Source: Desulfatiglandales bacterium (GTDB lineage: Bacteria; Desulfobacterota; DSM-4660; Desulfatiglandales; HGW-15). Taken from it: DNA of 64,000 nt. Below the pieces are notes generated by a model, which was not told the origin of the DNA, did no database searches, and worked only from the letters and a program-made list of their open reading frames with translations. Positions 44,918-54,828 of this stretch are shown piece after piece. Made by a program: the position numbers and the translations under genes. Position 1 is the stretch's first letter; each line of letters starts with the position of its first letter. Where the stretch lies: NCBI GenBank assembly GCA_963667015.2, contig CAXXJJ010000004.1, forward strand, positions 3,360,001 to 3,424,000. The letters run 5' to 3'.

Positions 44918-45738
44918 TATTTTTTTCCTTCGAGTTTTTTAATTGAGGTATCGCTGGTAAGCAGTTTCATTTGATGTATGGCAATCTGGTTCAGTTTAAC
45001 AAGACGATCCTTCTGATTGAGCCCTTCATTTATTAAATGGGCATTAAGGCTTTCCATATTAGCCAGACAAACAAGCTGGGAAACATTGGCATAATCACGG
45101 ATATTTCCCTTTAAATCAGAATTGTTATCACGCCACTCTTTTGCGGTTACCCCGAACAGGGCCATATTCAATATATCCGCTTCCGATGCGTATACAAGAT
45201 TGATTTGAGCATTAGTCAATTCAGGGGGTATTAGATTCTCTTTAATCGCGTCAGTATGAATACGATAGTTTATTTTTGTCAGGTTCCGGCGGATATCCCA
45301 ACCCAGTTTTTCTCTTTCCTGATCTTTGAGACGTTGAAACTCTTTAATGAGATAAAGTTTGAACACAGGACTGATGGCCGAGCAAAACTCAAATGCAATG
45401 TCCTTGTGTGCATAAGTTCCCCCATACCTGCCGCCTTTAACCATGATGCCAATTGCATTTGTTTTTTCAATCCATTTTCCAGGACTCAATACAAAAGAGG
45501 TTAGTCCGGCATTCATTCTAAAGTGGTCGAATTCGACCACTTTAAAATCAGGGTTGTGTAATTGCTCCCAGGTGCCGATAAATTCAATTGTCCCTCTATT
45601 ACGAATCCAGTTTTTTATAATATCAGCAGCACGGGAATCACTTTCTTTGGTTTTTGCAATATCGGTTAAAGAGATATAGTCTTCTGCATTTTGAGAGATG
45701 ACTGTAATATCAGTACCTTTTACTTCTATCTTCGCCAT
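44917..45738 (-). CDS. KilA-N domain DNA-binding protein
   Basis: DYISLTDIAK, NWIRNRGTIEFIGTWE, GRYGGTYAHKDIAFEF; AAGGAG RBS; TAATG overlap with res. Confidence 0.88.
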   Translation of the reverse strand: MAKIEVKGTDITVISQNAEDYISLTDIAKTKESDSRAADIIKNWIRNRGTIEFIGTWEQLHNPDFKVVEFDHFRMNAGLTSFVLSPGKWIEKTNAIGIMVKGGRYGGTYAHKDIAFEFCSAISPVFKLYLIKEFQRLKDQEREKLGWDIRRNLTKINYRIHTDAIKENLIPPELTNAQINLVYASEADILNMALFGVTAKEWRDNNSDLKGNIRDYANVSQLVCLANMESLNAHLINEGLNQKDRLVKLNQIAIHQMKLLTSDTSIKKLEGKK

Positions 45739-45754
45739 GTAGGACTCCTTATTT

Positions 45755-45836
45755 AACCGCCAATGCACGCAAATAAACGCGAATATTTTTTTATTATTTC
45801 GTATTTGTTAGCGTTCATTAGCGTCCATTCGCGGTT
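45755..45836. repeat. Imperfect inverted repeat built from 10-bp units
   Basis: Left AACCGC CAATGCACGC AAATAAACGC GAATA; right arm (reverse complement) AACCGC GAATGGACGC TAATGAACGC TAACAAATAC. Confidence 0.7.
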
Positions 45837-48092
45837 TCACTTTTTACCACCAACCGTTACGTCGGCTATTTTCATGGTATCGTTTCCAAAGATATCAACC
45901 ACCTTTACCGCTATTTTGTATCTTCCCGGAGCACATTCATGAAAAACACTCTTTAATTCAAGGGAGCGGTCTTTTTTTGTACGAAAGGACTGCCACTCGT
46001 TTTCAAAAATAAAATCTCCTGTCCAGCGCTCATCAAGCTCTTCGCTCTCTTCATCCTTAACTCTAATGATTTCCCTTTTACTCTCAAAGTCAAAATCAAC
46101 TGACCAGTAATCTATCCAGTCTGTCCATTTTTTTGTAAGAACTTCCTTTGATACAATCCCGTTTTTATCTTTGGAAACCTTGACAATCTGACCATTATCA
46201 ACTGTAATTTTGTTCTTGCCGTTCTTCAATCCTTCGGCAACACTGTCAATAGTTTCCTGGGTGTAATAGACCGAGAAATCGGTAAGTTCTACAGCAATGC
46301 TTTTCCCTTTAACATGGGGCTTAATCTCGATATAGCTTACATCATGAAATACTACCTGGTTCTTTTCAACAGCCCTTCGGTCAAAGACTTCCCGTGGTAT
46401 GTATTTAGGGGCAATGTCAATCCCCTTGTTTTTTGCTTCATCAAGGATATTGGGGAAAAGCCCCATTTCAAATTCAAAGGCAAGGATATCCACACGGGTA
46501 ACACTGTTTTTACGGCACTCAAGAATGATCTCTTCTACAAACAGACGTGTAACAGGAAGGTTGATAGGCCCGACAGCAATAAGCCGTCCTGCCTTTTTAC
46601 CCTGAAAGGATGGGAATCCTTCAACAGTTTGAGCCCTGTAGGCATGAAGAATAAGTTCTGTAAAATTCTTTTCTCGCTCTTCAATCTGCCGTTGTTTTTC
46701 TTCTTCTCTCAGATTTTCATTTATCCCTATATAATGCTGACGTTCATATTTGCCGAGATTTAAAACCTCAAAAGCCCTGAAGTCTTTGCCATCTTCCCTG
46801 AGGGCTCTCTGCATCTGAATCATTCTTTTGCGGGTTGTGTGGATCGCAAATTTGCCTAGATCGGAAACAATCCATTTGCGGTTAAGTTTTTCAGCGGTTG
46901 CTGCTGTTGTGCCAGAGCCACAAAAAAAGTCAGCAACTATGTCATTTTCATTTGAACTGGCTTTGATTATTCGTTCCAGAAGAGCTTCGGGTTTTTGAGT
47001 CGGATAATCAACTCTTTCTTGTGCGACAGGGTTTACAGCTGGGATATCTGTCCATAAATCCTGCAATTTAATACCTTCCATTTCTTCAACATACTGTTTG
47101 TATTGTATCCTTCCAGTTTTATTTGATGGAAATATTAATCTTCCTTCTTTGTCCAATTGTTCCATTTTTTCTCTGGTCCATTTATACCCATTCGAATGTG
47201 GTAAATAGCCTTTGTATTCATAATATAAGTTAGGTCTATATCCAGGATTACCTGTAGGAATTGGGATGTATTCACGACCATTGTTATCTTTTTTTATTCT
47301 TTTTAAGTATTTTTCTTCATAAGCATGGTATTGCATATTAAAAACATAGCTATTTGATTTTGAGTACCAGAAAACAGTATCATGTAACACACCACAACGT
47401 TTTGAGGCTAAACCAGTTGAAGTTGATCTTTTCCATATGACCTCATTAATGAAAAGATCTTTACCAAATATTTCATCCAAAACGAGACGAATATATCCGC
47501 TTACTCTATTATCACAATGAACATAAATACTACCATCTTCAGCCATTAAATCCCGCATCAATACCAATCGCTCATAAATCATAGCAATAAATGAATCAGC
47601 GCCTTTACCCCAAGTATCCCGATAAGCAATCTCTTCCAAGATTCCCGGTTCCTTATGCAGGGTTTCATCACCAATCTCGATATCCATGGAAAAATCAGCA
47701 CCCACATCAAAGGGGGGATCAATATAGATAAGTTTAATGCCGCCGTTTCGTTCTATCTCATCACGAAGCGGTCCATTTTTAAGAGAAGAAAGTATCAGTT
47801 TATTGTCGCCCCAGATAAGCTTGTTTGTCCAACCAGCCTTCTGACGGCCTCTGGAATCAAACAGTCCAAGCTGCGGGGAGGTATCCTCCGGCTTTTCTGC
47901 GCGCGGTTCATCAACCTGCTCAATAACCTGAAAGGGAAGAACAATATTGCATACCTCATTTGTTTTGCCGTTCCACACCAGTTCCACTTCACGTTTGTCA
48001 TCAAAGAGCAAAAAACGATATTTATCAGGCAACGGCTTTCCTGCTTCTATATATTTTACAATGTCTCGCTTCTCATTATCAGTCAGGTTCAT
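45837..48092 (-). CDS. Type III-like Mod DNA amino-methyltransferase (beta class) with C-terminal extension
   Basis: [30 protein letters not shown]. Confidence 0.9.
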   Translation of the reverse strand: MNLTDNEKRDIVKYIEAGKPLPDKYRFLLFDDKREVELVWNGKTNEVCNIVLPFQVIEQVDEPRAEKPEDTSPQLGLFDSRGRQKAGWTNKLIWGDNKLILSSLKNGPLRDEIERNGGIKLIYIDPPFDVGADFSMDIEIGDETLHKEPGILEEIAYRDTWGKGADSFIAMIYERLVLMRDLMAEDGSIYVHCDNRVSGYIRLVLDEIFGKDLFINEVIWKRSTSTGLASKRCGVLHDTVFWYSKSNSYVFNMQYHAYEEKYLKRIKKDNNGREYIPIPTGNPGYRPNLYYEYKGYLPHSNGYKWTREKMEQLDKEGRLIFPSNKTGRIQYKQYVEEMEGIKLQDLWTDIPAVNPVAQERVDYPTQKPEALLERIIKASSNENDIVADFFCGSGTTAATAEKLNRKWIVSDLGKFAIHTTRKRMIQMQRALREDGKDFRAFEVLNLGKYERQHYIGINENLREEEKQRQIEEREKNFTELILHAYRAQTVEGFPSFQGKKAGRLIAVGPINLPVTRLFVEEIILECRKNSVTRVDILAFEFEMGLFPNILDEAKNKGIDIAPKYIPREVFDRRAVEKNQVVFHDVSYIEIKPHVKGKSIAVELTDFSVYYTQETIDSVAEGLKNGKNKITVDNGQIVKVSKDKNGIVSKEVLTKKWTDWIDYWSVDFDFESKREIIRVKDEESEELDERWTGDFIFENEWQSFRTKKDRSLELKSVFHECAPGRYKIAVKVVDIFGNDTMKIADVTVGGKK

Positions 48093-48263
48093 CTGCTATT
48101 CTCCTCGTGGGTGCGATTTATTGTCATATTACTGATGAGGTTATGTTGAAAAATATTACAAACGCAGGATATGCAAACCTAAAAATTATCCATATCCTTG
48201 GACTTCGAAGGCTGAAAATCTGGATATTTATAACATGTCAATTGTGCACGCACTGCGTGCACA

Positions 48264-48353
48264 ATCTTTATACTGTCTGGCATCCATACTTCCGCGCAGT
48301 TCGTCACAGCTCGCCCAGAGAGAGCTGTATAATTCAGATTTTTTAATTGCCAT
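48264..48353 (-). pseudogene. hsdM: First 30 codons of a type I RM methyltransferase subunit (HsdM)
   Basis: Not in the ORF track. MAIKKSELYSSLWASCDELRGSMDARQYKD matches the HsdM N-terminal LW..CD.LRG.MD...YKD pattern; similarity stops at a palindrome, stop codon at 48228. Confidence 0.82.
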
Positions 48354-48638
48354 GTATTTTTCTTCTATTCAGAATTTTGGGGGATAATAGCACTTGAGGG
48401 CAAAGGTATCAAAGTTTTTCGGTATATTGGGATACTTACTGTTCATGAAATAGCCTGGACTTTAAATAATTCTATAAACCCTGCCTTAAAAAATGTGCAT
48501 TATGCACATTAGATTGTGCATCCTTAATTTTTTTATCCTTAGTAATATTCCAAAGCAATATCACTTTATGGACATTGCCGGAATGAAAGGCTTGTTATTC
48601 CAGTATATCCGCTGTTTTTAGTTTTACCTGCTCGAATA

Positions 48639-48654
48639 TGGCACAATGTTTGTA
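48639..48654 (+). promoter_or_regulatory. Possible sigma54 promoter upstream of the ParB-methylase
   Basis: TGGCACAATGTTTGTA (GG-N10-GT, non-canonical -12); TGCAC/GTGCA palindromes upstream. Confidence 0.4.
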
Positions 48655-48683
48655 ACAGTACATCCCCACCTGCCTGGGATGTA

Positions 48684-48785
48684 CAGGCTGAAGCATTTTC
48701 GGCTGAAGGCTGTTAGGTTTTCGGGCCTTTACTTAAGCCTACAGTCGAACAGCCTACAGCCTGTTTTATTAACAGCCTTCAGTCT
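48684..48785. repeat. GGCTGAAGGCTGTTAGG-type short repeats, direct and inverted
   Basis: CAGGCTGAAG-N7-GGCTGAAGGCTGTTAGG followed by inverse units AGCCTACAGCCTG and TAACAGCCTTCAGTCTG. Confidence 0.75.
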
Positions 48786-48809
48786 GATTCCAAGGAAAAG
48801 GAGACAACT

Positions 48810-50222
48810 ATGAGTAAAGTGCAGTCTGTAAAAATTCAGGACATTGTTCTGGACAAAAGTATTTACCCGCGAAACAGCATTGACCACAAACGAGTATCTA
48901 TGTTTGAAGAAAACATGAGGGACGGGTTTGAGTTTGATCCTATACATCTTCAGGAACATCCAGATGAACCGGAGAAATACCGCATCCTGGACGGGGCACA
49001 CAGGTTTAATGCTTACAAGGGAATCGGGGAAAAAGAAATTTCCGCACAGATAATAAAGCTCAATGGCACACATCCACTGTTGTATGCAGCAAAACAGGCC
49101 ATAGGGCCAAGGCAGCTCAATGAGGAAGAGATAAGAGATGCTGCCAGAAGGTTATATATGGATGATCCGAAGCTGAGCTCAGCAGAAATCGGTAAGGCAT
49201 TCGGTCGTTCAAGACAGGCGGTAGATAAATATATCACTGATCTCAGGGCTGCAAATCAAATGAAGCTTGATTTGATCTTATTCAGGATGAATAAGCTTGG
49301 CATCCCTCAGGACAGGATTTCATCTCGTTTAGATTTGCCTCAGCAGACAATCTCCCGCTATTTACCCAAAATGCCAACCGTGGCAAAATGGGTAAATACC
49401 GACATTAAGAAAGGATTTACAATTCAACAGATTGCTGAAAAGCACGCCTGGCCTGAGTCTCTGGTCTGGTCTCTTAAACTGGAGAAGGAAAATGATATTG
49501 GTAAATACCGTAGATTACAGTGGGGAATAAGGACCTGGGATCTATGGAACTGGAATGACTGTGATAAAAGGTTCGGTGATGAGTGGCCGGGGAGAATCCC
49601 GGCGCAGCTAGTCGCGCATATTCTCTATTTCTTCTCAAGACAGAAAGACCTTGTTTTTGATCCAATGGCCGGAGGCGGGGTTGTGGCAGATACATGTCTT
49701 GCATTCAACCGCCGCTGCTGGAGTTTTGATATGGTTGATAGAATCAATGAAAGGCCCGAGATAGAACATCATTTCTGGGACATCAATAAACTCAAATGGC
49801 CGGTTAATGGAAAGACAAAACCGGATCTTATTATCTTTGACCCTCCCTATTTCAGCAAAAAAGTAAAAGAGTATGAAGAAAACAGCATAGCAAACATGAG
49901 TAGAGAAGCATATCTCAGGTTCCTTGAAGGGTTCTTTAAACTGGCTAATAAGAACAGCAAAAAGGGCACAAGGCTGGCTATGATAAATGCCGACTGGCGG
50001 GACTTTCAGGGCACTCCTGCCATTGATGAATCCCGAAAGGCGGCAATACTAATTACCGATTACTGCAGGCTGATGGAGGACGCGGGATGGGAAGTCAGCC
50101 ATATAATACAGGCACCAATGTCGTCGGAAAGATTCCAGGCCAATGTTGTGGCAGCAATGCAGAAAAAGAAAATACTGGGTGTTACCAGCAGGTATGTGGT
50201 GGTGGCTGGCAAAACAGGCTGA
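48810..50222 (+). CDS. ParB/Srx-like domain plus HTH plus DNA amino-methyltransferase fusion
   Basis: N-terminal IYPR...F.PI...ILDGAHRFNA (ParB/Srx); HTH-like SSAEIGKAFGRSRQAV and QDRISSRLDLPQQTIS; FDPMAGGG (SAM binding) then IFDPPYF; AAGGAG RBS. Confidence 0.85.
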   Translation: MSKVQSVKIQDIVLDKSIYPRNSIDHKRVSMFEENMRDGFEFDPIHLQEHPDEPEKYRILDGAHRFNAYKGIGEKEISAQIIKLNGTHPLLYAAKQAIGPRQLNEEEIRDAARRLYMDDPKLSSAEIGKAFGRSRQAVDKYITDLRAANQMKLDLILFRMNKLGIPQDRISSRLDLPQQTISRYLPKMPTVAKWVNTDIKKGFTIQQIAEKHAWPESLVWSLKLEKENDIGKYRRLQWGIRTWDLWNWNDCDKRFGDEWPGRIPAQLVAHILYFFSRQKDLVFDPMAGGGVVADTCLAFNRRCWSFDMVDRINERPEIEHHFWDINKLKWPVNGKTKPDLIIFDPPYFSKKVKEYEENSIANMSREAYLRFLEGFFKLANKNSKKGTRLAMINADWRDFQGTPAIDESRKAAILITDYCRLMEDAGWEVSHIIQAPMSSERFQANVVAAMQKKKILGVTSRYVVVAGKTG

Positions 50223-50248
50223 AGACTGTTAGCCTGAAGGCTGTTAGG
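50215..50248 (+). repeat. 34-bp direct repeat matching 48684-48717
   Basis: CAGGCTGAAG-ACTGTTA-GCCTGAAGGCTGTTAGG; supplies the gene's TGA stop. Confidence 0.78.
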
Positions 50249-50377
50249 GAAGGCATATTGGATCAGTAAAATGTAATCTTACTTCTTATCAAATATGAAA
50301 GAAATTGTAGTATCCAAACCAGGAATGGTTACAGCTTCTTAAACCTTTTGAAAAGAACTATGGTAAAACTCGAAATA

Positions 50378-51925
50378 TTACTCTGTGACAGGTTCAGGTT
50401 TATCCAGACCTTTTGCCTTGTCATAATTTTTTGCCAGATTCAGGTTTATAACAGTTGTAACATCAACCCCGGTAAAATCAGCGCCTCTTATATCCGCTCC
50501 CTCCAGGTCTGCGCCGTTCATCTTTGCATTGACAAAAACAACATTCCTGAGGTTGCTGCCTTTAAAAATCGCATTGTCAATAACCGACCCGCTCAAATTT
50601 GCGCTGCTCAAATCTGCACCTTCAAAATTGATATCCCTCAAATCACACTCCGTGATTACTGAGTAAGTAAGATCAGCACTGCTGAAGTTCGCCTCGTTAA
50701 GGGATGATCCGGTCAACTGCACCTTATTCATTTTGATACCGCTCAGGTCAAAGTTTTTCAGGTCAACATTTTTTAGCGAGGCTCCGTTTAAAACAGCCTT
50801 ATTCAGGTTGATATCCTTGAGGATTGCACCATCCAGAACAGCATCTGTAAAATCAGTCCCGTCCAGTCTGGCATTATCGATCTTTGCCCCGGCGAGGTTT
50901 GCGCCTTTAAGGCTGGTTCCGCTCAGGTCCGAACCGCTCAGGTCAACGGAATTCATAACCGCCCCGGTCATTACTGCGCCTGACAAATCCGCTTTCTTCA
51001 GATCGGCGTTAGCCAGTTTTGCATCTTTAAATTCAATACCCTCAAGGCTGGAATTAGCCAGAACTGCATACTGGAGATCTGCCTTGTTAAATTCGGTTTT
51101 TGTTATGAAGGCATTGCTTATACTGGCGTAACTCAGGTCAGCATGGTTGAGATTTACCCTGCTGATAAAAATACCATTCATATAAGCCCCGCCTAAAAGG
51201 GCGTAATCCATTTTGGATGATTCGACAGTTGCATAACTCAGATTGGCCTTGGTAAGAATAGCCCTGCTCTTTTCCGAGCCTTTCATGTTTATGTCTTCCA
51301 GCTTTGCAGTGCTCAGATTAGCATCAGCCATATTGGCGTTTACAAGTTTTACGTCCGAGAGGAATGCCCCGTGCATATCCGCCCTGGTCAGATCTGCGCT
51401 ACTCAAATCCCCATTAATAGCAGAGTAACTCAGGTTCGTATCGGTCAATACACAATCGCTGAAGTCCGTTTCTCTTATTATCCCATAACGAAGGTTTGCA
51501 CCGGAAAGATTTGCCCCCTTTAAGATGCTTGATATCAAAACTGCACAGGTCAGGTTCGCGTCTTTTAAATCCGCACCGGTAAAATTCGAGTTATCTGCCT
51601 TTACACCTGTCATTTCAGCATTCTGCAGATTGCAGTTACTCAGGTCTGAAGATACCAGCAGGGAATCCTTAAACCTGGCATTCTTAAGTATTGCCTCGGT
51701 AAGGGAGGAGTGATGCAGCGCAATGCTGCTTAGATCAACCCCGGTCAGGTCCAGGTTGCTTATATCTACATACCGAAGGATTCTGTTCTTTAAATGCGCC
51801 TCTTTAACCTCATCCGTTGTCAAAACTGTCTGCGGGGTTTTGGATGCGGCAAAGAGTGAATGAAAAGGCACCATTAAAAAGATAAGAACGGATATCAAAA
51901 CCTTTGAGTTATTATTCATCTGCAT
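50378..51925 (-). CDS. Secreted pentapeptide-repeat protein
   Basis: Signal peptide (VLISVLIFLMVPFHSLFA), followed by A(D/N)LxG pentapeptides over nearly the whole length. Confidence 0.92.
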   Translation of the reverse strand: MQMNNNSKVLISVLIFLMVPFHSLFAASKTPQTVLTTDEVKEAHLKNRILRYVDISNLDLTGVDLSSIALHHSSLTEAILKNARFKDSLLVSSDLSNCNLQNAEMTGVKADNSNFTGADLKDANLTCAVLISSILKGANLSGANLRYGIIRETDFSDCVLTDTNLSYSAINGDLSSADLTRADMHGAFLSDVKLVNANMADANLSTAKLEDINMKGSEKSRAILTKANLSYATVESSKMDYALLGGAYMNGIFISRVNLNHADLSYASISNAFITKTEFNKADLQYAVLANSSLEGIEFKDAKLANADLKKADLSGAVMTGAVMNSVDLSGSDLSGTSLKGANLAGAKIDNARLDGTDFTDAVLDGAILKDINLNKAVLNGASLKNVDLKNFDLSGIKMNKVQLTGSSLNEANFSSADLTYSVITECDLRDINFEGADLSSANLSGSVIDNAIFKGSNLRNVVFVNAKMNGADLEGADIRGADFTGVDVTTVINLNLAKNYDKAKGLDKPEPVTE

Positions 51926-51935
51926 ATCCTTTAAC

Positions 51936-52376
51936 CTACTTTGGCCCTATTAAATCAAAATCTTCATCCTTTTTGGGCTTGGGTTTGGGTGGTGAAACAG
52001 GTTTCTTTTTTTCTTCCTTTACCACGGGTTTGCTTTTTTGGTTGACGGAATCGATAAATGCCTCGGTTAACGGCTCTGTCGTCTTAAGAAGGTTTTCCGG
52101 AATAAATATCCTGGTCCCTGTCGCCATATTTTCATAGTCTATATTTGGATTAGCATCTGCCAGGGCCTCCCAGTTGTTCACATTACCTGTGTACCATCTG
52201 GAGATAACAGGCAGTGTTTCACCCGGATATTTTACAGTATGAATAAAGGGAGGCCTGCTTACTGACTCTGCAGGTTTCCATTCTGCCTGCTTGTTGCCTC
52301 CTATGGAAAGGCATCCGTTAAATAATAAAACAAAAGCCCCCATTACTAAAAGAAGCATCTCTGCTTTTTTAATCAT
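51936..52376 (-). CDS. LysM-domain lipoprotein
   Basis: Lipobox LFNGC; HTVKYPGETL..IS.WY.G...NW..LA.AN...G..I.IP; Pro/Lys-rich tail. Confidence 0.85.
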   Translation of the reverse strand: MIKKAEMLLLVMGAFVLLFNGCLSIGGNKQAEWKPAESVSRPPFIHTVKYPGETLPVISRWYTGNVNNWEALADANPNIDYENMATGTRIFIPENLLKTTEPLTEAFIDSVNQKSKPVVKEEKKKPVSPPKPKPKKDEDFDLIGPK

Positions 52377-52392
52377 AATAACTTTTCCTTCT

Positions 52393-54288
52393 TCATTTCT
52401 TCAATGTTTCAAGCAGTTTTTTTGCATTTTTATTTTCAGGATTAACTGCTATTGCCTGTTCCAGGTTTTTTATACAATCCTGAATATTACCCATTTTTCT
52501 TTGAACAATCGCCAGATTGTAAAGCGCCTCATCCAAAAACGGAGGCGACAGGTCAACCACCCGACTGAACATCTCCTGTGCATTATTGAAGTCTTTTTTG
52601 ACAGCATAGATGTAGCCCATATTAAAATAGGCGTTATACATCTGCGGGTCCAGTTCGACTGCAGTCTGGTATGATGCAATTGCACTGGTATAATCCTTCT
52701 GCTGCGTATATATGCGTCCCAGCAGAAAATGTCCCTGAGCTCTGTCCGGATTGAGTTTAACCGCCTTCAGCAGCAATGCCTTTGCCCTCTCAGGTGTCTT
52801 TTCTATTATTTTTGATGCCTGACCGACCAGGGCCTGAGAGTATAGCGCCGATATTCTCTGCTCATTTTCCGGTTCAGCTTCCAGGATACCCTCAAAAAGA
52901 ACGGCGGCTTCAGCGTACTTTTCTTCACCAAGCAGTCTGATCCCTTCCTTCAATTCCGATGAATCTATCTCATCGGAATCGGATGATTCTCCCTGCGCCA
53001 TAATATTATCCTGTTCACCCGGGGCGGCAATATCCGCCTCTGGCTCAGAGACTGTTTTTGAGATTGGTTTGGAGATTCGCCGGGGTACCGGTTCAGAGGC
53101 CTGGTCATCACTGGCAGCCCCTGGATCAAAAAACTTAAATATGGAATTCATAAAGGACTCAGGGGTCTTAATCATAAGCAGTAGCACAATCATGAATGAA
53201 ATCAGGATCAGCACCACAGAGGCAAATTTTGGTATCAGACTTTTTTTAAAGGTGGGCAGCTCTTCTTCTGCAAGAAGCATGGTCCTGTCAGCCTGGGGAT
53301 CAGCAAGCTCAGAGAGCTTTAAAGTTGAATCATCTCCGGTTTTCTTTCCTGAACCGGCATCCCTCTCACCAAAGAGTCTGTCCATATACAGGGCAAGATT
53401 TCTATAGGAGGGCATTATAGACAGCCCATGCATGCATTTTTCCAGATCTGTAAGCATTTCCTCCGCAGACTGATAACGAACTTCACGGTCTTTTTCCAGG
53501 GCCTTTTCTATGATTCTGCAGAGATCCGGGGGTAGATCCTTATTCACATTTCCGGGAGGAACGTATTCTGCCTCAACTACCTTGCTGAATACCCCGTAGG
53601 TATCACCCTTGAAAACCCTTTCATGTGTTACCATTTCATACAGGAGGATACCCATGGCAAATATATCTGATCTGTGGTCAATCGGTTCCGCCTTGGCCTG
53701 CTCGGGTGACATATATGCTATCTTCCCCTTAATTGAGCCATACTGTGTCTTATTAATCTGGGTTGCAGCCTTGGCTATACCAAAATCAATGATTTTTACC
53801 TGGCCGTCATAGGTAATAAATATATTATGAGGTCCGATATCCCTGTGTATTATATTCAGAGGTTTTCCCTGAAAGTCTCTTAATTTGTGGGCATAATCAA
53901 GCCCGGCACAGACCTGTGTTGCAATGTACAATGCGTTTTCAATACTCAGGGCCAATCCCTTTTCTTTGTATTTCTCTGTGATAAATTTCAGATCATTTCC
54001 GTACAGGTACTCCATTGCAATGTAGTAGGTATCATTTACACTTCCGAAATCATAGATCTGCACAATATTGGGATGCTGCAGGAATGCCGCGAGTTTGGCT
54101 TCATCAATAAAGGCCTTGATCAGGTTGGTTTCTTCGGCAAGATAGGGCAGGATTTTTTTAATGGCAACAAGCTTCTCAAAACCTTCATACCCAAAAAGCT
54201 TTGCCTGGTACAATTCCGCCATACCGCCCTGTGCTATACGGCTAAGCAGTTTATATTTTCCAAATTGTTGATCAACCAGCTCTGGCAT
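52393..54288 (-). CDS. Hanks-type Ser/Thr protein kinase with TM helix and C-terminal TPR repeats
   Basis: AQGGMA, VAIKK, HRDIGPHN, IDFGIAK, YMSPEQ; TM FASVVLILISFMIVLLLM; multiple TPRs. Confidence 0.94.
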   Translation of the reverse strand: MPELVDQQFGKYKLLSRIAQGGMAELYQAKLFGYEGFEKLVAIKKILPYLAEETNLIKAFIDEAKLAAFLQHPNIVQIYDFGSVNDTYYIAMEYLYGNDLKFITEKYKEKGLALSIENALYIATQVCAGLDYAHKLRDFQGKPLNIIHRDIGPHNIFITYDGQVKIIDFGIAKAATQINKTQYGSIKGKIAYMSPEQAKAEPIDHRSDIFAMGILLYEMVTHERVFKGDTYGVFSKVVEAEYVPPGNVNKDLPPDLCRIIEKALEKDREVRYQSAEEMLTDLEKCMHGLSIMPSYRNLALYMDRLFGERDAGSGKKTGDDSTLKLSELADPQADRTMLLAEEELPTFKKSLIPKFASVVLILISFMIVLLLMIKTPESFMNSIFKFFDPGAASDDQASEPVPRRISKPISKTVSEPEADIAAPGEQDNIMAQGESSDSDEIDSSELKEGIRLLGEEKYAEAAVLFEGILEAEPENEQRISALYSQALVGQASKIIEKTPERAKALLLKAVKLNPDRAQGHFLLGRIYTQQKDYTSAIASYQTAVELDPQMYNAYFNMGYIYAVKKDFNNAQEMFSRVVDLSPPFLDEALYNLAIVQRKMGNIQDCIKNLEQAIAVNPENKNAKKLLETLKK

Positions 54289-54465
54289 ATGAAAAACCTT
54301 ATATTAACGGGGACCTGATAGCAAAAGTTATTATTTCAGAAAAGTTCAACATCAGCATAACACATGAGCAACTTGTTTCAACAAGCATCAGATGACCAGA
54401 ATCTGACTTCTGCTTCATGTATTCTAAAAGGTTTTATATATCTGGAATTGTATAATGATTATACC

Positions 54466-54828
54466 TTAAATAATCCCCTGGTTCCCTTTCTCCAGCTTTT
54501 TCAAAAAGGCCTCAAGTTTAAGTTTTACCGTTTCATCCATATCAACAAATTGTACCCCGGCCCCTGAATGATCGGGAGTTGAGTTTTCATAGTTATCTAT
54601 TATTTTACCTCTCAGAGGGAGTATTTCACCATCAAGTTCCATTTCAAAATTTATTATTGACCCCACGGGGAAGGGAAGTTTTTTTTCAATAAAGAATCCT
54701 CCCATACTTAGATTCGACAACATATGGAAATATCTTGAATTATCATTTAGCTCTACTGTCCATATCTGGACATTTAATCTGGGGTGCTTACGTCCTTCTT
54801 CTTGAAATCCGGATTTGTTCTGACTCAT
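54466..54828 (-). CDS. PilZ-domain protein
   Basis: RKHPR (RxxxR) and NLSMGG (D/NxSxxG) motifs; GAGVQF. Confidence 0.85.
   Translation of the reverse strand: MSQNKSGFQEEGRKHPRLNVQIWTVELNDNSRYFHMLSNLSMGGFFIEKKLPFPVGSIINFEMELDGEILPLRGKIIDNYENSTPDHSGAGVQFVDMDETVKLKLEAFLKKLEKGNQGII

Noticed and set aside
37907..51080. Diversity-generating retroelement template/variable repeat pair
   Set aside because: Differences between the copies are not adenine-specific, include indels, and no reverse transcriptase is present in the window.
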